From: Desulfotalea psychrophila LSv54
Lineage (GTDB): Bacteria > Desulfobacterota > Desulfobulbia > Desulfobulbales > Desulfocapsaceae
NCBI RefSeq assembly: GCF_000025945.1
Contig: NC_006138.1
Location: forward strand, 1,830,001-1,862,000
DNA: 32,000 nucleotides
Reading direction: 5' to 3'
Shown here: in pieces, positions 17,834-27,723 of the stretch
Layout of the letters: every line of letters begins with the position of its first letter
Numbering within the stretch: position 1 is the first letter of the stretch
The notes under the pieces: model-generated
Databases searched by the model: none
Told to the model about the DNA's origin: nothing
Seen by the model: the letters and a program-made list of their open reading frames with translations, nothing else
Program-made: the position numbers and the translations under genes

Positions 17834-18610
17834 TTACTGGGGACGAAGTACGGCAAGCACCCGTCCACTTTCCGTGTCTGCCTCTTTAAGTGTATAGTTA
17901 TTGTAGACCTTTTCCACAGAAAAACCACAGGACCCTATGATCTGGCGCCACTCCTCTTCTCGCAGGGCATTGATTCTGAAAACCCTTCGTTGATCTGAAT
18001 TGTGCCCACCCCGAATTCGCAGTCGATACCTCTCCTCGATCTCGATAAGGCCCTCTTCTGGCAGGTGGTGACGGATAATCTCCTTGACCAGACGCTCATC
18101 CCCCATATCAAAGATCTGAAACTGAAAGGTCTTCCCCTGTTGGAAAAGCGTCGACTCCTCCCTGAGGACGGCAAACTCTGCCAAAAAAACACCCCCTGCA
18201 AGCAGATGCCCATGCACAGAGCGGAGACATTTTTTGATGTCTTCTATCTCTGTCAGCAGATTAAGGACATTGTAGGGGGCAATGATGGCCGGAAAGCTGT
18301 CCAGCTGGAGCTGACGAATATCCATGCAATGTGTCTTCAGCTGGGGGCTCATCTCTCCTGCTCGCTTCAGCATGGAGGGGGAGAGATCCACCCCCGTTAG
18401 TTGCCATCCAGACTTTATCAGCGGCTGACTGAGCCTGCCTGCACCGCAGCCCAGTTCAAGTACTCTGCCCTTCGCGGGCAGATGTTTTTCATAAAAGGCC
18501 AGATCCTCTTTGAACTGGCCCATCTCTAGTTGGTAAAAGGCCGTATAGCTCTCTTCGTCCAGTTCAGTAAACTGGTCTTCGGGCTCGTCATCATAGCTGT
18601 CATAGATCAT
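17834..18610 (-). CDS. Class I SAM-dependent methyltransferase
   Basis: GRVLELGCGAGRLSQPLIKSGWQLTGVDLSPSML motif I/II. Confidence 0.88.
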   Translation of the reverse strand: MIYDSYDDEPEDQFTELDEESYTAFYQLEMGQFKEDLAFYEKHLPAKGRVLELGCGAGRLSQPLIKSGWQLTGVDLSPSMLKRAGEMSPQLKTHCMDIRQLQLDSFPAIIAPYNVLNLLTEIEDIKKCLRSVHGHLLAGGVFLAEFAVLREESTLFQQGKTFQFQIFDMGDERLVKEIIRHHLPEEGLIEIEERYRLRIRGGHNSDQRRVFRINALREEEWRQIIGSCGFSVEKVYNNYTLKEADTESGRVLAVLRPQ

Positions 18611-18735
18611 TGTATTATCTTGTAAGTGGGTGTTTCTTGATTAAGTGGTCTTTGTCGTGACAATAAAAAAGCTAAAAAACGATGAAAAATGCTTGCACAA
18701 AAAAAACGATTCCTGTAACTTAGGGTCAAGTTAAT

Positions 18736-18746
18736 AATGATTATCA
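18736..18746 (+). promoter_or_regulatory. Fur/PerR-like half-conserved operator upstream of rubrerythrin
   Basis: AATGATTATCA, an 11-mer identical to the core of the 12452-12466 site. Confidence 0.5.
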
Positions 18747-18769
18747 AATATAAATATAGGAGAAGTACA

Positions 18770-19321
18770 ATGCAAAAATATGTATGCACTATCTGTGGTT
18801 ATGTTCATGAAGGTGATTCCGCCCCTGTAAAATGTCCCCAGTGTAACGCACCGGCGGCAAAGTTTAAAGTACAAGACGCAAGTGCAGGACTTGCCTGGGC
18901 CGATGAGCATGTAATTGGCCTTGCAGAGGGTGTTGATCAGGAGATAGTTGAAGCTCTTCGTGCTAACTTTACCGGTGAGTGTACCGAGGTTGGTATGTAC
19001 CTTGCCATGAGTCGTCAGGCAGATCGTGAAGGTTTTCCTGAAGTTGCAGAGGCATATAAGCGTATTGCCTTTGAAGAGGCAGATCACGCAGCAAAATTTG
19101 CCGAGCTTCTCGGTGAAGTGGTGAGCAGCAGCACTAAGGCCAACCTCGAAGCTCGTCTTGCCGCAGAGCACGGTGCCTGTGAGGGTAAGAAGATTCTTGC
19201 CACCCGCGCCAAGGAACTGAATTACGACGCCATCCACGATACCGTTCACGAGATGTGTAAGGACGAAGCTCGTCATGGTCAGGCCTTTGCCGGTCTGCTC
19301 AAGCGCTATTTTAAAGGCTAG
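18770..19321 (+). CDS. rbr: Rubrerythrin with N-terminal rubredoxin domain (reverse-rubrerythrin type)
   Basis: [12 protein letters not shown]...CPQCNAP at the N-terminus, then a ferritin-like domain ([18 protein letters not shown]...[14 protein letters not shown]...DEARHGQAF). SD AGGAGAAG upstream of ATG 18770. Confidence 0.93.
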   Translation: MQKYVCTICGYVHEGDSAPVKCPQCNAPAAKFKVQDASAGLAWADEHVIGLAEGVDQEIVEALRANFTGECTEVGMYLAMSRQADREGFPEVAEAYKRIAFEEADHAAKFAELLGEVVSSSTKANLEARLAAEHGACEGKKILATRAKELNYDAIHDTVHEMCKDEARHGQAFAGLLKRYFKG

Positions 19322-19385
19322 TCTGCTTCATCCTTAGCCCGTGTCATTTAAAAGGGTCGATATCCTCTCAACCCTTGACATAAAA

Positions 19386-19432
19386 AAAGAGCATTTTCAA
19401 AGAGATCTTCATCTCCTGAAAATGCTCTTTTT
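19386..19432 (+). terminator. Rho-independent terminator after rbr
   Basis: AAAGAGCATTTTCA ... TGAAAATGCTCTTT perfect 14-bp stem plus T run. Confidence 0.88.
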
Positions 19433-19475
19433 GTTTCATGGGATAAAATTGATCGTATCTCTGGACGATGCAGTT

Positions 19476-19528
19476 GGCGCCGGTTTTCCCAAAATTAATC
19501 GGAAAAAATTTGCTTAAGGTTGGTATTG
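19476..19528 (+). repeat. 53-bp repeat copy 1 (pairs with 20052-20104)
   Basis: GGCGCCGGTTTTCCCAAAATTAATCGGAAAAAATTTGCTTAAGGTTGGTATTG; about 44/53 identical to copy 2 by manual alignment. Confidence 0.75.
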
Positions 19529-20051
19529 CTTCTGAGAAGCACCCCACCCAGCCTCCCCTCACCAAGTATTAGTATCTACACATCTTGCCAGAAGCCAGTA
19601 AATCAAAGAGTTTCACCGATGTTTCTTGGCGCTTAATCATAAAATGAGAGAGCTACATTAACTTCGGAAAATTCTCCCCTTGGTAAGGGAGGTCCGGGGT
19701 TTGTTAAAAATCTCGGCAAATAAGCCAAGCATCATTTAGGCAGGGCCTTTTTGCTTACGCCAACTCTCCCCATGGCCCCGCTGATGATCCCCAGAGCCCC
19801 CTTGCCAAGGGCAAGAGCTCTTGCAAGGCTGCACCAGTTTCTCTATTTTCCCTCAACCCCCATTCATACGGGTATTGCAGAGCTTGTGTAGATATCAATG
19901 TTTAGTAAGGGGAGGAGTGGTAGAGGCAAGGTCAGCTCAACAGATAATTACGAAGAATCGGGCTGGATCGGAAGAAGAATCGGGCGGGGTCGAAAAGAAA
20001 ATGAGGCTGGATCTAATCAGCCACCACCTTCTTTCCTCTACCCGTTCGCCT

Positions 20052-20104
20052 GGCGCTGGTTTCTCCAAAATTGATCGGAAAAGATTTGCTAACGGCTGCT
20101 ATTG
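20052..20104 (+). repeat. 53-bp repeat copy 2, overlapping the 3' end of the fliT-like gene
   Basis: GGCGCTGGTTTCTCCAAAATTGATCGGAAAAGATTTGCTAACGGCTGCTATTG. Confidence 0.75.
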
Positions 20105-20487
20105 ATAAGTCGTCCTGCCTTTTTGCCGCTGATCTGGGACTGGCTATATCCGGTAAGGGCAACCCGGCTCTCACCCATGCAGCGCATATTGTTCTTGAGC
20201 AGGGCCTGACTGTTTCTGGCTGCGGCAGTGATCTTTTTATTATGCTCAATAAGACGGGCAAGTATTTCATGAGCTTCATCAAGCTGATATGTTTCCTCTC
20301 TGGAAACAGTCTTATCCTTGATCTCCTCGGTGAGTTCAATAATATGATTCTGCAGGCGGAGATGCTTTTCAGAGTTCTTTTCGAGTTCATCCACCGTCAT
20401 GGTGGCAACCTGTTCTATCAAAAGGAGAGCAAGCTCTTCGGCCTGCCGACCATATTTAATAAGCTGGCTGATAGGGGATTCTTCCAT
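20089..20487 (-). CDS. Small coiled-coil protein downstream of fliS, possible FliT-like chaperone
   Basis: 132 aa, helical, directly downstream of fliS in flagellar order; low sequence-level specificity. Confidence 0.55.
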   Translation of the reverse strand: MEESPISQLIKYGRQAEELALLLIEQVATMTVDELEKNSEKHLRLQNHIIELTEEIKDKTVSREETYQLDEAHEILARLIEHNKKITAAARNSQALLKNNMRCMGESRVALTGYSQSQISGKKAGRLINSSR

Positions 20488-20501
20488 TGGCGCACCTCCT
20501 C

Positions 20502-21092
20502 TTAACGGGAAACAGAGAGCGGAGTGTAGCTCTCTGGCATCTGGGTAGGCTTGGCATAAGCACTTGTCGCAGATTTTGCAGGCTTAGGAGCATTGCCATA
20601 GGCGGCCATTCCAGCCCTGCCATGGGCGACCGCAGGTGTGGTGGCAATGGATGGTCGTTGGACACCACTATTTTTCCCGGCAGCAGGGATCTTCACCCCC
20701 CGTCCTTCTCGCAGTTCCTGATTATTCTTTTCCACAGCCTCGCCCCAGGTACCCCGCAGATCCACCAATAGGGCTTCCACACTCTCTAATTTTTCTAGAT
20801 CTGGCTTGATGGTGGCATCGTTCAGCTCCCTGATCATAAAGGCGTAGAGTGCATCGAGATCCTCGGCGATCTTGCCACCCTCTTCATGGTTCAGGGTATT
20901 GGAAAATTCGGTGACAATGGCCATGGTCTTATTAATTCCATAGCGCATCTCGGTGATATCATTTTCAGCAAGGCCGCCCTTGGCTCGACGTAGAAAACGA
21001 ATAGCTCCGTCATAGAGCATCAGGAGAATTTGTTCCGGTGAGGCTGTTTCGATCTGGTTTCGCTGATACTGATCCATCTTCTGTAGGCTCAT
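20502..21092 (-). CDS. fliS: Flagellar export chaperone FliS with extended C-terminus
   Basis: YQRNQIETASPEQILLMLYDGAIRFLRRAKGGL...INKTMAIVTEFSNTLNHEEGGKIAEDLDALYAFMIREL; SD AGGAAG before ATG 21092. Confidence 0.92.
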   Translation of the reverse strand: MSLQKMDQYQRNQIETASPEQILLMLYDGAIRFLRRAKGGLAENDITEMRYGINKTMAIVTEFSNTLNHEEGGKIAEDLDALYAFMIRELNDATIKPDLEKLESVEALLVDLRGTWGEAVEKNNQELREGRGVKIPAAGKNSGVQRPSIATTPAVAHGRAGMAAYGNAPKPAKSATSAYAKPTQMPESYTPLSVSR

Positions 21093-21132
21093 AACTTCTT
21101 CCTTTCTATATTTCACCCCTAAGGAGCTTTTG

Positions 21133-22590
21133 CTATTTGCTCGTGCTATCGGTGAGATACTGGCTTATATAGCTGCTTTGGCTATTCATCTTGCTCACCA
21201 ACAGCTCAAGGGCAGTAAACTGGGCCCGATAACGTTTTTCTATGCTTTCAAGCTGGGTTTTCTGGTTGGCAATCTGCTTGTCTATTCGTTTGCCCGTAGC
21301 CTTATAGTGGCCTTTCTTTTCAGCATAGACCCCTCGGGTAGCGGAGGTCTGTTCAAGGAGTTTGCTGTTCAGCTTGTCCATGAGCCCATCTTTGCTGGCA
21401 TCGCCTGCAAAGAGAGTAACAACATCGCCATAGTTCTCATCAAGAGCCTTGTCCAGCTTGGTCTTGTTGACCAGCAAGGTGCCGTCTCTTTGGGTTTTAA
21501 TACCAATTTCACTGAGAATATTGAACTTGCTGGAATTATCAGCACTCTCACCGAGGATACTCTGCAACTCTCTCTTGGCCTTGTTCAGGGTGGGGTCACC
21601 CCGTAAGAGATTACTGAGTTTTTTTGATTTTTGTCCTGCCGCGGCTTCTTTTTCTGCGTCGCTACTGCTGGCGTCGATCTTCTTATCGTTCTCTGCCTTA
21701 TATTCATAACCAGAAACAATCCAGTCCATGGCCTTATTATAGGCCGAGACAAAACCTTCGATCTTCTCTTTCAGAGAATCGCTGTTGGCCGTGAGTTCAA
21801 CCACGGTGGTGGCATAGACTGCAGGCGTATCACCGTCTGCTGGGCTGATCACCTTGCTTACCTCGTTCAGGTTCAGGGTCAGTCCGCCAACAACGCCTTT
21901 TAGAGTGTTGCTGTTGCTCTGTATTTCAATACCATCCACATAGGCAATGGACTGTTGGGCAACGCTGGTGCGTGTATTGGCAAAATCCACGGTCTCCCCC
22001 TCAGCGCCCTTCACCTTCAGGTCGGTGCTAATGGTAAAGTCCGTGGAGGCATCTTTTCCGGCAAAGACCAGATGGTAATTATCCGTCTCCTTGCCATCGT
22101 TGATGATGGAGGCGGTCACCCCCGTCTTATCAGCCACGGAGTTGATGGCCTCCAGCATCCCATCAAGGTTGGTTTTATCGCCATCAAAGACGATTTTGGT
22201 ATCGTTAATGGTAAGATGACCATTGCTGAACATGGCCTCGCTCTGGCTGGAGACACCAGCTGTGACGTTTTTTTGTACCTGGGCCAGCTGGGTAACGGCA
22301 ACATTGTAGCTGCCCGTTGCCGCCCCGCTAGAGCTTGCCGACAGGGTGTCTTCGTTACTGAGCTTTACATCGGTTGTCCGCACATCGGAGGTGAGATGCA
22401 TGGCAGAGACGGATTCCCGTAACTCATCCAGCAGATCGTTATACTCTTCATAGGCCTCAAGGTGAGTGGCGTCGTTGGTTTTTTGTTTTTCCAGACGGTC
22501 AAGGGGTTTACTCTCAGCCTTCATCAGACCAGCGATTAAATCCTCGGTGGGCAGTCCCGTTGCCAAACCGCCAAAACTAATATCTCCCAT
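21133..22590 (-). CDS. fliD: Flagellar hook-associated protein 2 (filament cap)
   Basis: ISFGGLATGLPTEDLIAGLMKAESKPLDRLE N-terminus; LLVNKTKLDKAL...KRIDKQIANQKTQLESIEKRYRAQFTALELLVSKMNSQSSYISQYL C-terminus. Confidence 0.95.
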   Translation of the reverse strand: MGDISFGGLATGLPTEDLIAGLMKAESKPLDRLEKQKTNDATHLEAYEEYNDLLDELRESVSAMHLTSDVRTTDVKLSNEDTLSASSSGAATGSYNVAVTQLAQVQKNVTAGVSSQSEAMFSNGHLTINDTKIVFDGDKTNLDGMLEAINSVADKTGVTASIINDGKETDNYHLVFAGKDASTDFTISTDLKVKGAEGETVDFANTRTSVAQQSIAYVDGIEIQSNSNTLKGVVGGLTLNLNEVSKVISPADGDTPAVYATTVVELTANSDSLKEKIEGFVSAYNKAMDWIVSGYEYKAENDKKIDASSSDAEKEAAAGQKSKKLSNLLRGDPTLNKAKRELQSILGESADNSSKFNILSEIGIKTQRDGTLLVNKTKLDKALDENYGDVVTLFAGDASKDGLMDKLNSKLLEQTSATRGVYAEKKGHYKATGKRIDKQIANQKTQLESIEKRYRAQFTALELLVSKMNSQSSYISQYLTDSTSK

Positions 22591-22625
22591 AACCTTACTC
22601 CCTCAAGTGACTGATTCGTGATGAA

Positions 22626-22979
22626 TTATTTTTTTGTGTCGATGATATTTCCCTGTAGGCCGGCAAGTTGTTTTCTTAAATTCAAGATCTCCTCGCTGGG
22701 AACCTGCCGCAGTACTTCATCGGTCTTGGCATCAAGAATCTTTATAACCATAGAGTTAGAATCGACATTTTTTTCAAAACGAACGCTATAGAGACCATCT
22801 TCGGTGATGGACTTGATCTGATCGAGGAGTTCTTCGGGTTGCAGATCCTTCTGCTCATCGGCATCTGCCTGGGCCAGATCACTCTTTTCCTGGGCACGAC
22901 GTTTAAGATCAATCTCATCTGCGGGGCGCAGACTGTTTTGGTTGGAATTTCCTTGGATGGTGCTGCTGTCAACAATCAT
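22626..22979 (-). CDS. flaG: FlaG family protein
   Basis: C-terminal SVRFEKNVDSNSMVIKILDAKTDEVLRQVPSEEILNL, typical of FlaG; positioned between flagellin and fliD. Confidence 0.9.
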   Translation of the reverse strand: MIVDSSTIQGNSNQNSLRPADEIDLKRRAQEKSDLAQADADEQKDLQPEELLDQIKSITEDGLYSVRFEKNVDSNSMVIKILDAKTDEVLRQVPSEEILNLRKQLAGLQGNIIDTKK

Positions 22980-23243
22980 TTCATTCTCCCTTGAGTAAAC
23001 AAAAACAGGGGTATAGAAAAACTATACCCCTGAACTGTACCATCAATGACGTCCCCCTCTAGTGAGGCCAAGAGGCCTCCAAAGGAGGGGGCTTGAAAAA
23101 TTGTGCTTTTCAATAAAGGTCGAGGCAGACGAAAAATTTTACCAGAGGTGTATATGTAATACCGGAGTCTACGCTTACCTCCGATATTAAATTTTTCGCC
23201 TAACAAAGAGATTTGCAGAAAAGGCTATTTTTCAAGTTCCCTA

Positions 23244-26200
23244 TTACTTGATGAGAGAGAGAGCCATCTGCGGTGCCTGCTTAGCCTGAGCAAGAATAGA
23301 AACACCTGCCTGCTGCAGGATGTTCTGCTTGGTCATCTCTGAAGTCTCTTTAGCGATATCGGTATCAAGGATACGAGAACGAGCCGCAGAGAGGTTTTCA
23401 GAAACGTTGTTAAGATTACTGATGGTGGAGGTGAAACGGTTCTGAACCGCACCGAGCTTACCACGCATCTGATCAATATCCATCAGGGCCTCATCAACAG
23501 AGGTGATGGCAGTGTTGGCAGAATCACGGGTGAGGATGTCCAGCTTGTCGATGGTGGTGCTACCGTTACCGATATTGTTAAGACCTGCCTCTTTAAGACC
23601 AGAACCGGTGAGGGTTACGTCAACGGGGCTGTCGATCTCTACCTGGCCGACAAACTTCTTGGCTGCGTTATCTACCCCGACAAGACCATCGGTGATAACC
23701 CCATCATCTTTGGTATCGCCATCCTTGTCAACCATCTCGGTGATCTTGAAGGAGCTACCGTCGTTGCGGCTCACCTGCAACTGTCCGTCCTCGTCCACCT
23801 TGGCAGAGAACTTCGCGGTGGTAGCGGCATCGGAGTTGATAGCTGTTGCCACATCTTCTGCAGTGACGTGACCATCGCGCTTGGCAGAACTCATATCGAC
23901 CTTGAACTCAGTACCATCGTCTCCGGTCAGGGTCAGATTATAGTCACCCACAACACCCGGATCAACCCGACCCGCCTCAAGACCCGCCTTGCTGGGATCA
24001 TCACCGGCGATGATTATAGAGGTATCGCTCTCCAGGCTGACAGTACCACGGAGATCACGGCCATCTGCCACAGTGTCAGCAAGGCCAATCTTGTTAGCAG
24101 CAGCTTCCTTGCTGTCAATGTCTTCGTTGAGGGTGAAGTTGGAACCACCGGCCTTGGTAATGATAATGTTGCCGGTTTCCTTGTCATCCTTATCAAGTTC
24201 AGCTATTGCACTGAAACCATCGGCATTTTTGTTGATGGCAGCGATAACATTTTGGGAGGTAACACTATGGGTGTCATCGTCGGTGCTTACTGCATCGTCG
24301 CCTGCATCCAAAGTGGTCGCTACGGCAATTTCAGCCCCGCCAATCTGCAGGGTATAGCTGCCATCGGCCCCGAGTTTTACCTCGTCAAATTTAACAGTCT
24401 GGCTGTTGGTGGCGGTGGCCGTAATATCGGCATCGGTCTTCTGGATCTGGGCGGCAATAGCTGCTGCATCACCCTCCACTGCCCCAACATCCTCACCGTT
24501 GATGGTCAGATCACCGGCATTAAGTGGACCGGTTACTGAGCTCTCACCACCGGTGCTTGCAACATTCCCAACAATAGGAGCTGGTACCTCATATACACCC
24601 GCCACAAGGCCATCGCCAACTTTAATATCAGCACCAGCACCCATGGCAATGGTTACATCGCTGTCATTGGCGATGGTAACATTTACAGCCGTTGCCGCAT
24701 AATCTACACCGGCCCCACCAACACCTTCTACCAAACCAGCAACAGAAGTAAGAGCAGTATCTGCACCACTACCGTCAGCCTTATTATTAGTGAATTCTGT
24801 AAGGTTAAATGTTGCCCCATCTTTACTCTCAATTACAAGATTACCCGTTGTTACATCAACAGAAGCCTTAAACTCCTCTGTCTCTTTGAACGTCTCATTG
24901 ATTGCAGCAGCAACATCGCCAGCGTCAACCTCACTATCTACATCACCACCAATGATAACATTTGCTGCAACACCACCATCTGTCTCAAGAGTTAATTTAT
25001 AGGACGCATCTACTGCCAAAGTGACATCAGCTGCCCACGCCAAACTCTGCTTATTCTCAAGAGAGGCTGTTACTCCTTCAACTGCTGCTGTATTAATAGC
25101 GTCGACAAGAGTTGCTTTTTCGGCATCAAGAGTGATAATCTCTTCACCACCAATGGTCAGATCACCGGACACAAGTGTGTCCGTTGGCACTGCAGTCATG
25201 ATGGTTGGCGCAGTTGGGTCAACCGCAGGGGCAGGAGGAGCCTCGGTATTGTATGTAGCTCCTGCATAACTGTCCAAAGCTACTGCACCAGCAGTAGTGG
25301 TTTCAACCACAATGTCTTGCTCACCGGAGAAAGTAAGGTCCACTCCATTTGCTTTCTGCAAAACAGCAGTAGCAGTTGGTAGTGCCGTGAATCCTCCAGC
25401 TAAGACACTAGCTCCGTCAGTTTGAGTTTGTTTTATATTAAACGCCTTCCCATCCTCAGACGTAATGGTAATCTCAGTACCAGCAACATTTTTTACGGCA
25501 CTATACCCGGCAATATCGTCAAATGCAGCTATAACATCATCTACACTAGCATTGTCGGTACCTGTAGCAACGTCTACACTTATTGGGTTTGCATCTGCAG
25601 CATCGCTTATCGTTAACTTCATACCTGAACTTGAGGTCGTAACACCCCAAGCCAAAACTGTGCTGTTGGTCGTTTCTGCAGTAACACCATCAATGTCACT
25701 TATTGCTGCTGCAAGGGCGGTGGCATCACCTTTAGCTATTAGGTTCAAGTCAGTAATTGCCGCCGCGGCTTCAGCACCAATTTTAAGATCATCCACAGCA
25801 AATGTAGTTGCATCTGTAGTGTCTGTAATAGCCAAAGAGACAGTTGTATTCTCGCGAGCAAGAGGGGCTGCCTCGTCAGTCTTAGGCCCGGTAATAGAGA
25901 GATTTACCGTGTTAAAATCAAAGCTTTGGTTATTAACGGCCTTGGCCTCAACCGAGGAGTCGGCAGCAGAGATGGCTGCAGCCAGCTCCTTATTGTTGGT
26001 GGCGGCACCCACATCATTGCCGTTTACCTGAATGGTGCCAGCGGCCACGGAACCGGTCATGGTGCTGCCGGTTATGCCGTTACCAGCGGGGGCGTCAAGA
26101 CTACGACCGTCCTGACTGAGGTCAGCGCCCTTGCTACTCTCAATACTAAAGGAGATGGTTTGGTTTTTACCGGCATTGGAACCTACCTGAAAGGTTGCAT

Positions 26201-26630
26201 CCTGCAGGGTGCCGTCGAGTACCTTCTTACCATTGAATTCGGTGGTATCGGCAATACGATCCAGCTCACTCTTCAGCTGCTGTACCTCATCGTTCAGGGA
26301 TGCACGATCGGAACCGGTGTTGGTATCGTTGGAAGATTGAACAGCCAATTCACGAATACGTTGCAGGATATTGGTGGATTCTTGCAGAGCACCCTCAGCG
26401 GTTTGCGCCATGGAAATACCATCGTTGGCATTTCGGGTTGCCTGATTAAGGCCACGCACCTGCGAGGTCATTCGATCGGAAATTGCCAGTCCAGCAGCAT
26501 CATCCTTGGCACTGTTAATACGCAGACCAGAGGAGAGTCTCTCCATGGAGGTGCCGAGAGAACCCTGAGATTTGTTTAAATTACGTTGAGCGTTGAGAGA
26601 TGCAACATTGGTATTAATGGAAAGAGCCAT
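23244..26630 (-). CDS. fliC: Flagellin, 1128 aa, with very large modular central domain
   Basis: [54 protein letters not shown]-terminus; [67 protein letters not shown]-terminus. Confidence 0.97.
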   Translation of the reverse strand: MALSINTNVASLNAQRNLNKSQGSLGTSMERLSSGLRINSAKDDAAGLAISDRMTSQVRGLNQATRNANDGISMAQTAEGALQESTNILQRIRELAVQSSNDTNTGSDRASLNDEVQQLKSELDRIADTTEFNGKKVLDGTLQDATFQVGSNAGKNQTISFSIESSKGADLSQDGRSLDAPAGNGITGSTMTGSVAAGTIQVNGNDVGAATNNKELAAAISAADSSVEAKAVNNQSFDFNTVNLSITGPKTDEAAPLARENTTVSLAITDTTDATTFAVDDLKIGAEAAAAITDLNLIAKGDATALAAAISDIDGVTAETTNSTVLAWGVTTSSSGMKLTISDAADANPISVDVATGTDNASVDDVIAAFDDIAGYSAVKNVAGTEITITSEDGKAFNIKQTQTDGASVLAGGFTALPTATAVLQKANGVDLTFSGEQDIVVETTTAGAVALDSYAGATYNTEAPPAPAVDPTAPTIMTAVPTDTLVSGDLTIGGEEIITLDAEKATLVDAINTAAVEGVTASLENKQSLAWAADVTLAVDASYKLTLETDGGVAANVIIGGDVDSEVDAGDVAAAINETFKETEEFKASVDVTTGNLVIESKDGATFNLTEFTNNKADGSGADTALTSVAGLVEGVGGAGVDYAATAVNVTIANDSDVTIAMGAGADIKVGDGLVAGVYEVPAPIVGNVASTGGESSVTGPLNAGDLTINGEDVGAVEGDAAAIAAQIQKTDADITATATNSQTVKFDEVKLGADGSYTLQIGGAEIAVATTLDAGDDAVSTDDDTHSVTSQNVIAAINKNADGFSAIAELDKDDKETGNIIITKAGGSNFTLNEDIDSKEAAANKIGLADTVADGRDLRGTVSLESDTSIIIAGDDPSKAGLEAGRVDPGVVGDYNLTLTGDDGTEFKVDMSSAKRDGHVTAEDVATAINSDAATTAKFSAKVDEDGQLQVSRNDGSSFKITEMVDKDGDTKDDGVITDGLVGVDNAAKKFVGQVEIDSPVDVTLTGSGLKEAGLNNIGNGSTTIDKLDILTRDSANTAITSVDEALMDIDQMRGKLGAVQNRFTSTISNLNNVSENLSAARSRILDTDIAKETSEMTKQNILQQAGVSILAQAKQAPQMALSLIK

Positions 26631-26868
26631 TATGTGTTTCCTCCGTGATAAAAAAAATCGGGCATCCTTGCCCTGCTGTTTGGGTGTCTGCCTGATGCAA
26701 ACGACCCGGTATGTTTTACTGCCTGCTACCTAAGAGTACCTGCAGAAAAATCATTTTTCTGCAATTACCCCGTAAAATCTTTACTACCCTGCTTGGAAAT
26801 TCGCGCCAACTTCACCCCCTTCATGGTTGTGATGTATTTGCTTTATAAACTTCATCAAATCTCAAATA

Positions 26869-26895
26869 GTATCGGAGATTTAAATAAAGACTTAA
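26869..26895 (-). promoter_or_regulatory. Candidate sigma28 (FliA) promoter of the flagellin gene
   Basis: Minus strand TTAAGTCT-N11-TCCGATAC versus consensus TAAAGTTT-N11-GCCGATAA. Confidence 0.65.
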
Positions 26896-27233
26896 ATAAT
26901 TTCCTTAATTACCGTCTCGGTTAGACGTGAGAAAGACTTTAGCTTTTTTTTCATAAAAAAGACAATTTTTTATTAAATATTTTAACAGGTTGATGTAAGG
27001 TGCTTTTTTCTGGTGTGCATTCTCCTCCCCTTTTTCAAGGGGGAGGAGGGAGGGGGATATTCTCCCCAGAAGCAATGCCTCACCTCTATCCAATCCCTGC
27101 CAAACAACAGATCACTCTGGATAATAAAATTTCCCAATGATTCTTGAAAAGGCTAAAAATTTAAGCCATCCTCTAAAAAGAACCTCTCCGCGGATGAGTG
27201 AGGAGCTGGTTAACAAGGAGATGGGGGCATTTC

Positions 27234-27580
27234 ATGTGTGAAAAGAAAAAGATTTTCAATATTCCACAGCAGAGTAAACTGCGACGGGAACTCCGCAATA
27301 ATATGCCTGAGCCGGAGAGACGGCTTTGGCAGCGGCTCCGCAACAGGCAGTTGGGGGTGAAGTTTCGTCGCCAGCAGGGCATTGGCCGATATATTACGAA
27401 ATCAGTCCAGAGCAGAAACTTGTAATTGAGCTTGATGGCGATAGCCACTGGACTGAAGAGGCTCAGGACTATGACCGGCAACGGGACAGTGCCATGCGGG
27501 CGGTCGGCCTCAGGGTACTCCGCCTGAGTAACCACGATGTTATGCACAACATCGAAGGGGTTCTATTTTGGGTGAAATAG
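27234..27580 (+). pseudogene. DUF559 (Vsr/restriction-endonuclease-fold) protein, single frameshift
   Basis: Frame 1: NIPQQSKLRRELRNNMPEPERRLWQRLRNRQLGVKFRRQQGIGRYI; the domain continues in another frame: EISPEQKLVIELDGDSHWTEEAQDYDRQRDSAMRAVGLRVLRLSNHDVMHNIEGVL. Confidence 0.8.
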
Positions 27581-27723
27581 CAGATGGTGCTGGTTGATGG
27601 CTTTGTTAATTTTGGACAGAGGCTTTATTGGGGCGTGGTGTAATTCGTTTTTAGGATAGAGAGAAGAGGGTAATTTGTAGCTATTTTGGCAGTTTGTAAC
27701 TCCCCCTCCCTCCTCCCCACCTC

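Noticed and set aside
24790-26579. Plus-strand ORFs of up to 217 aa inside the flagellin gene
   Set aside because: Antisense of the codon-biased, Ala/Thr/Val-rich flagellin; long open frames are expected by composition.
27173-27547. Minus-strand 124-aa ORF over the DUF559 pseudogene
   Set aside because: The plus strand carries the recognisable DUF559 sequence in both halves; the minus ORF is an antisense artefact.
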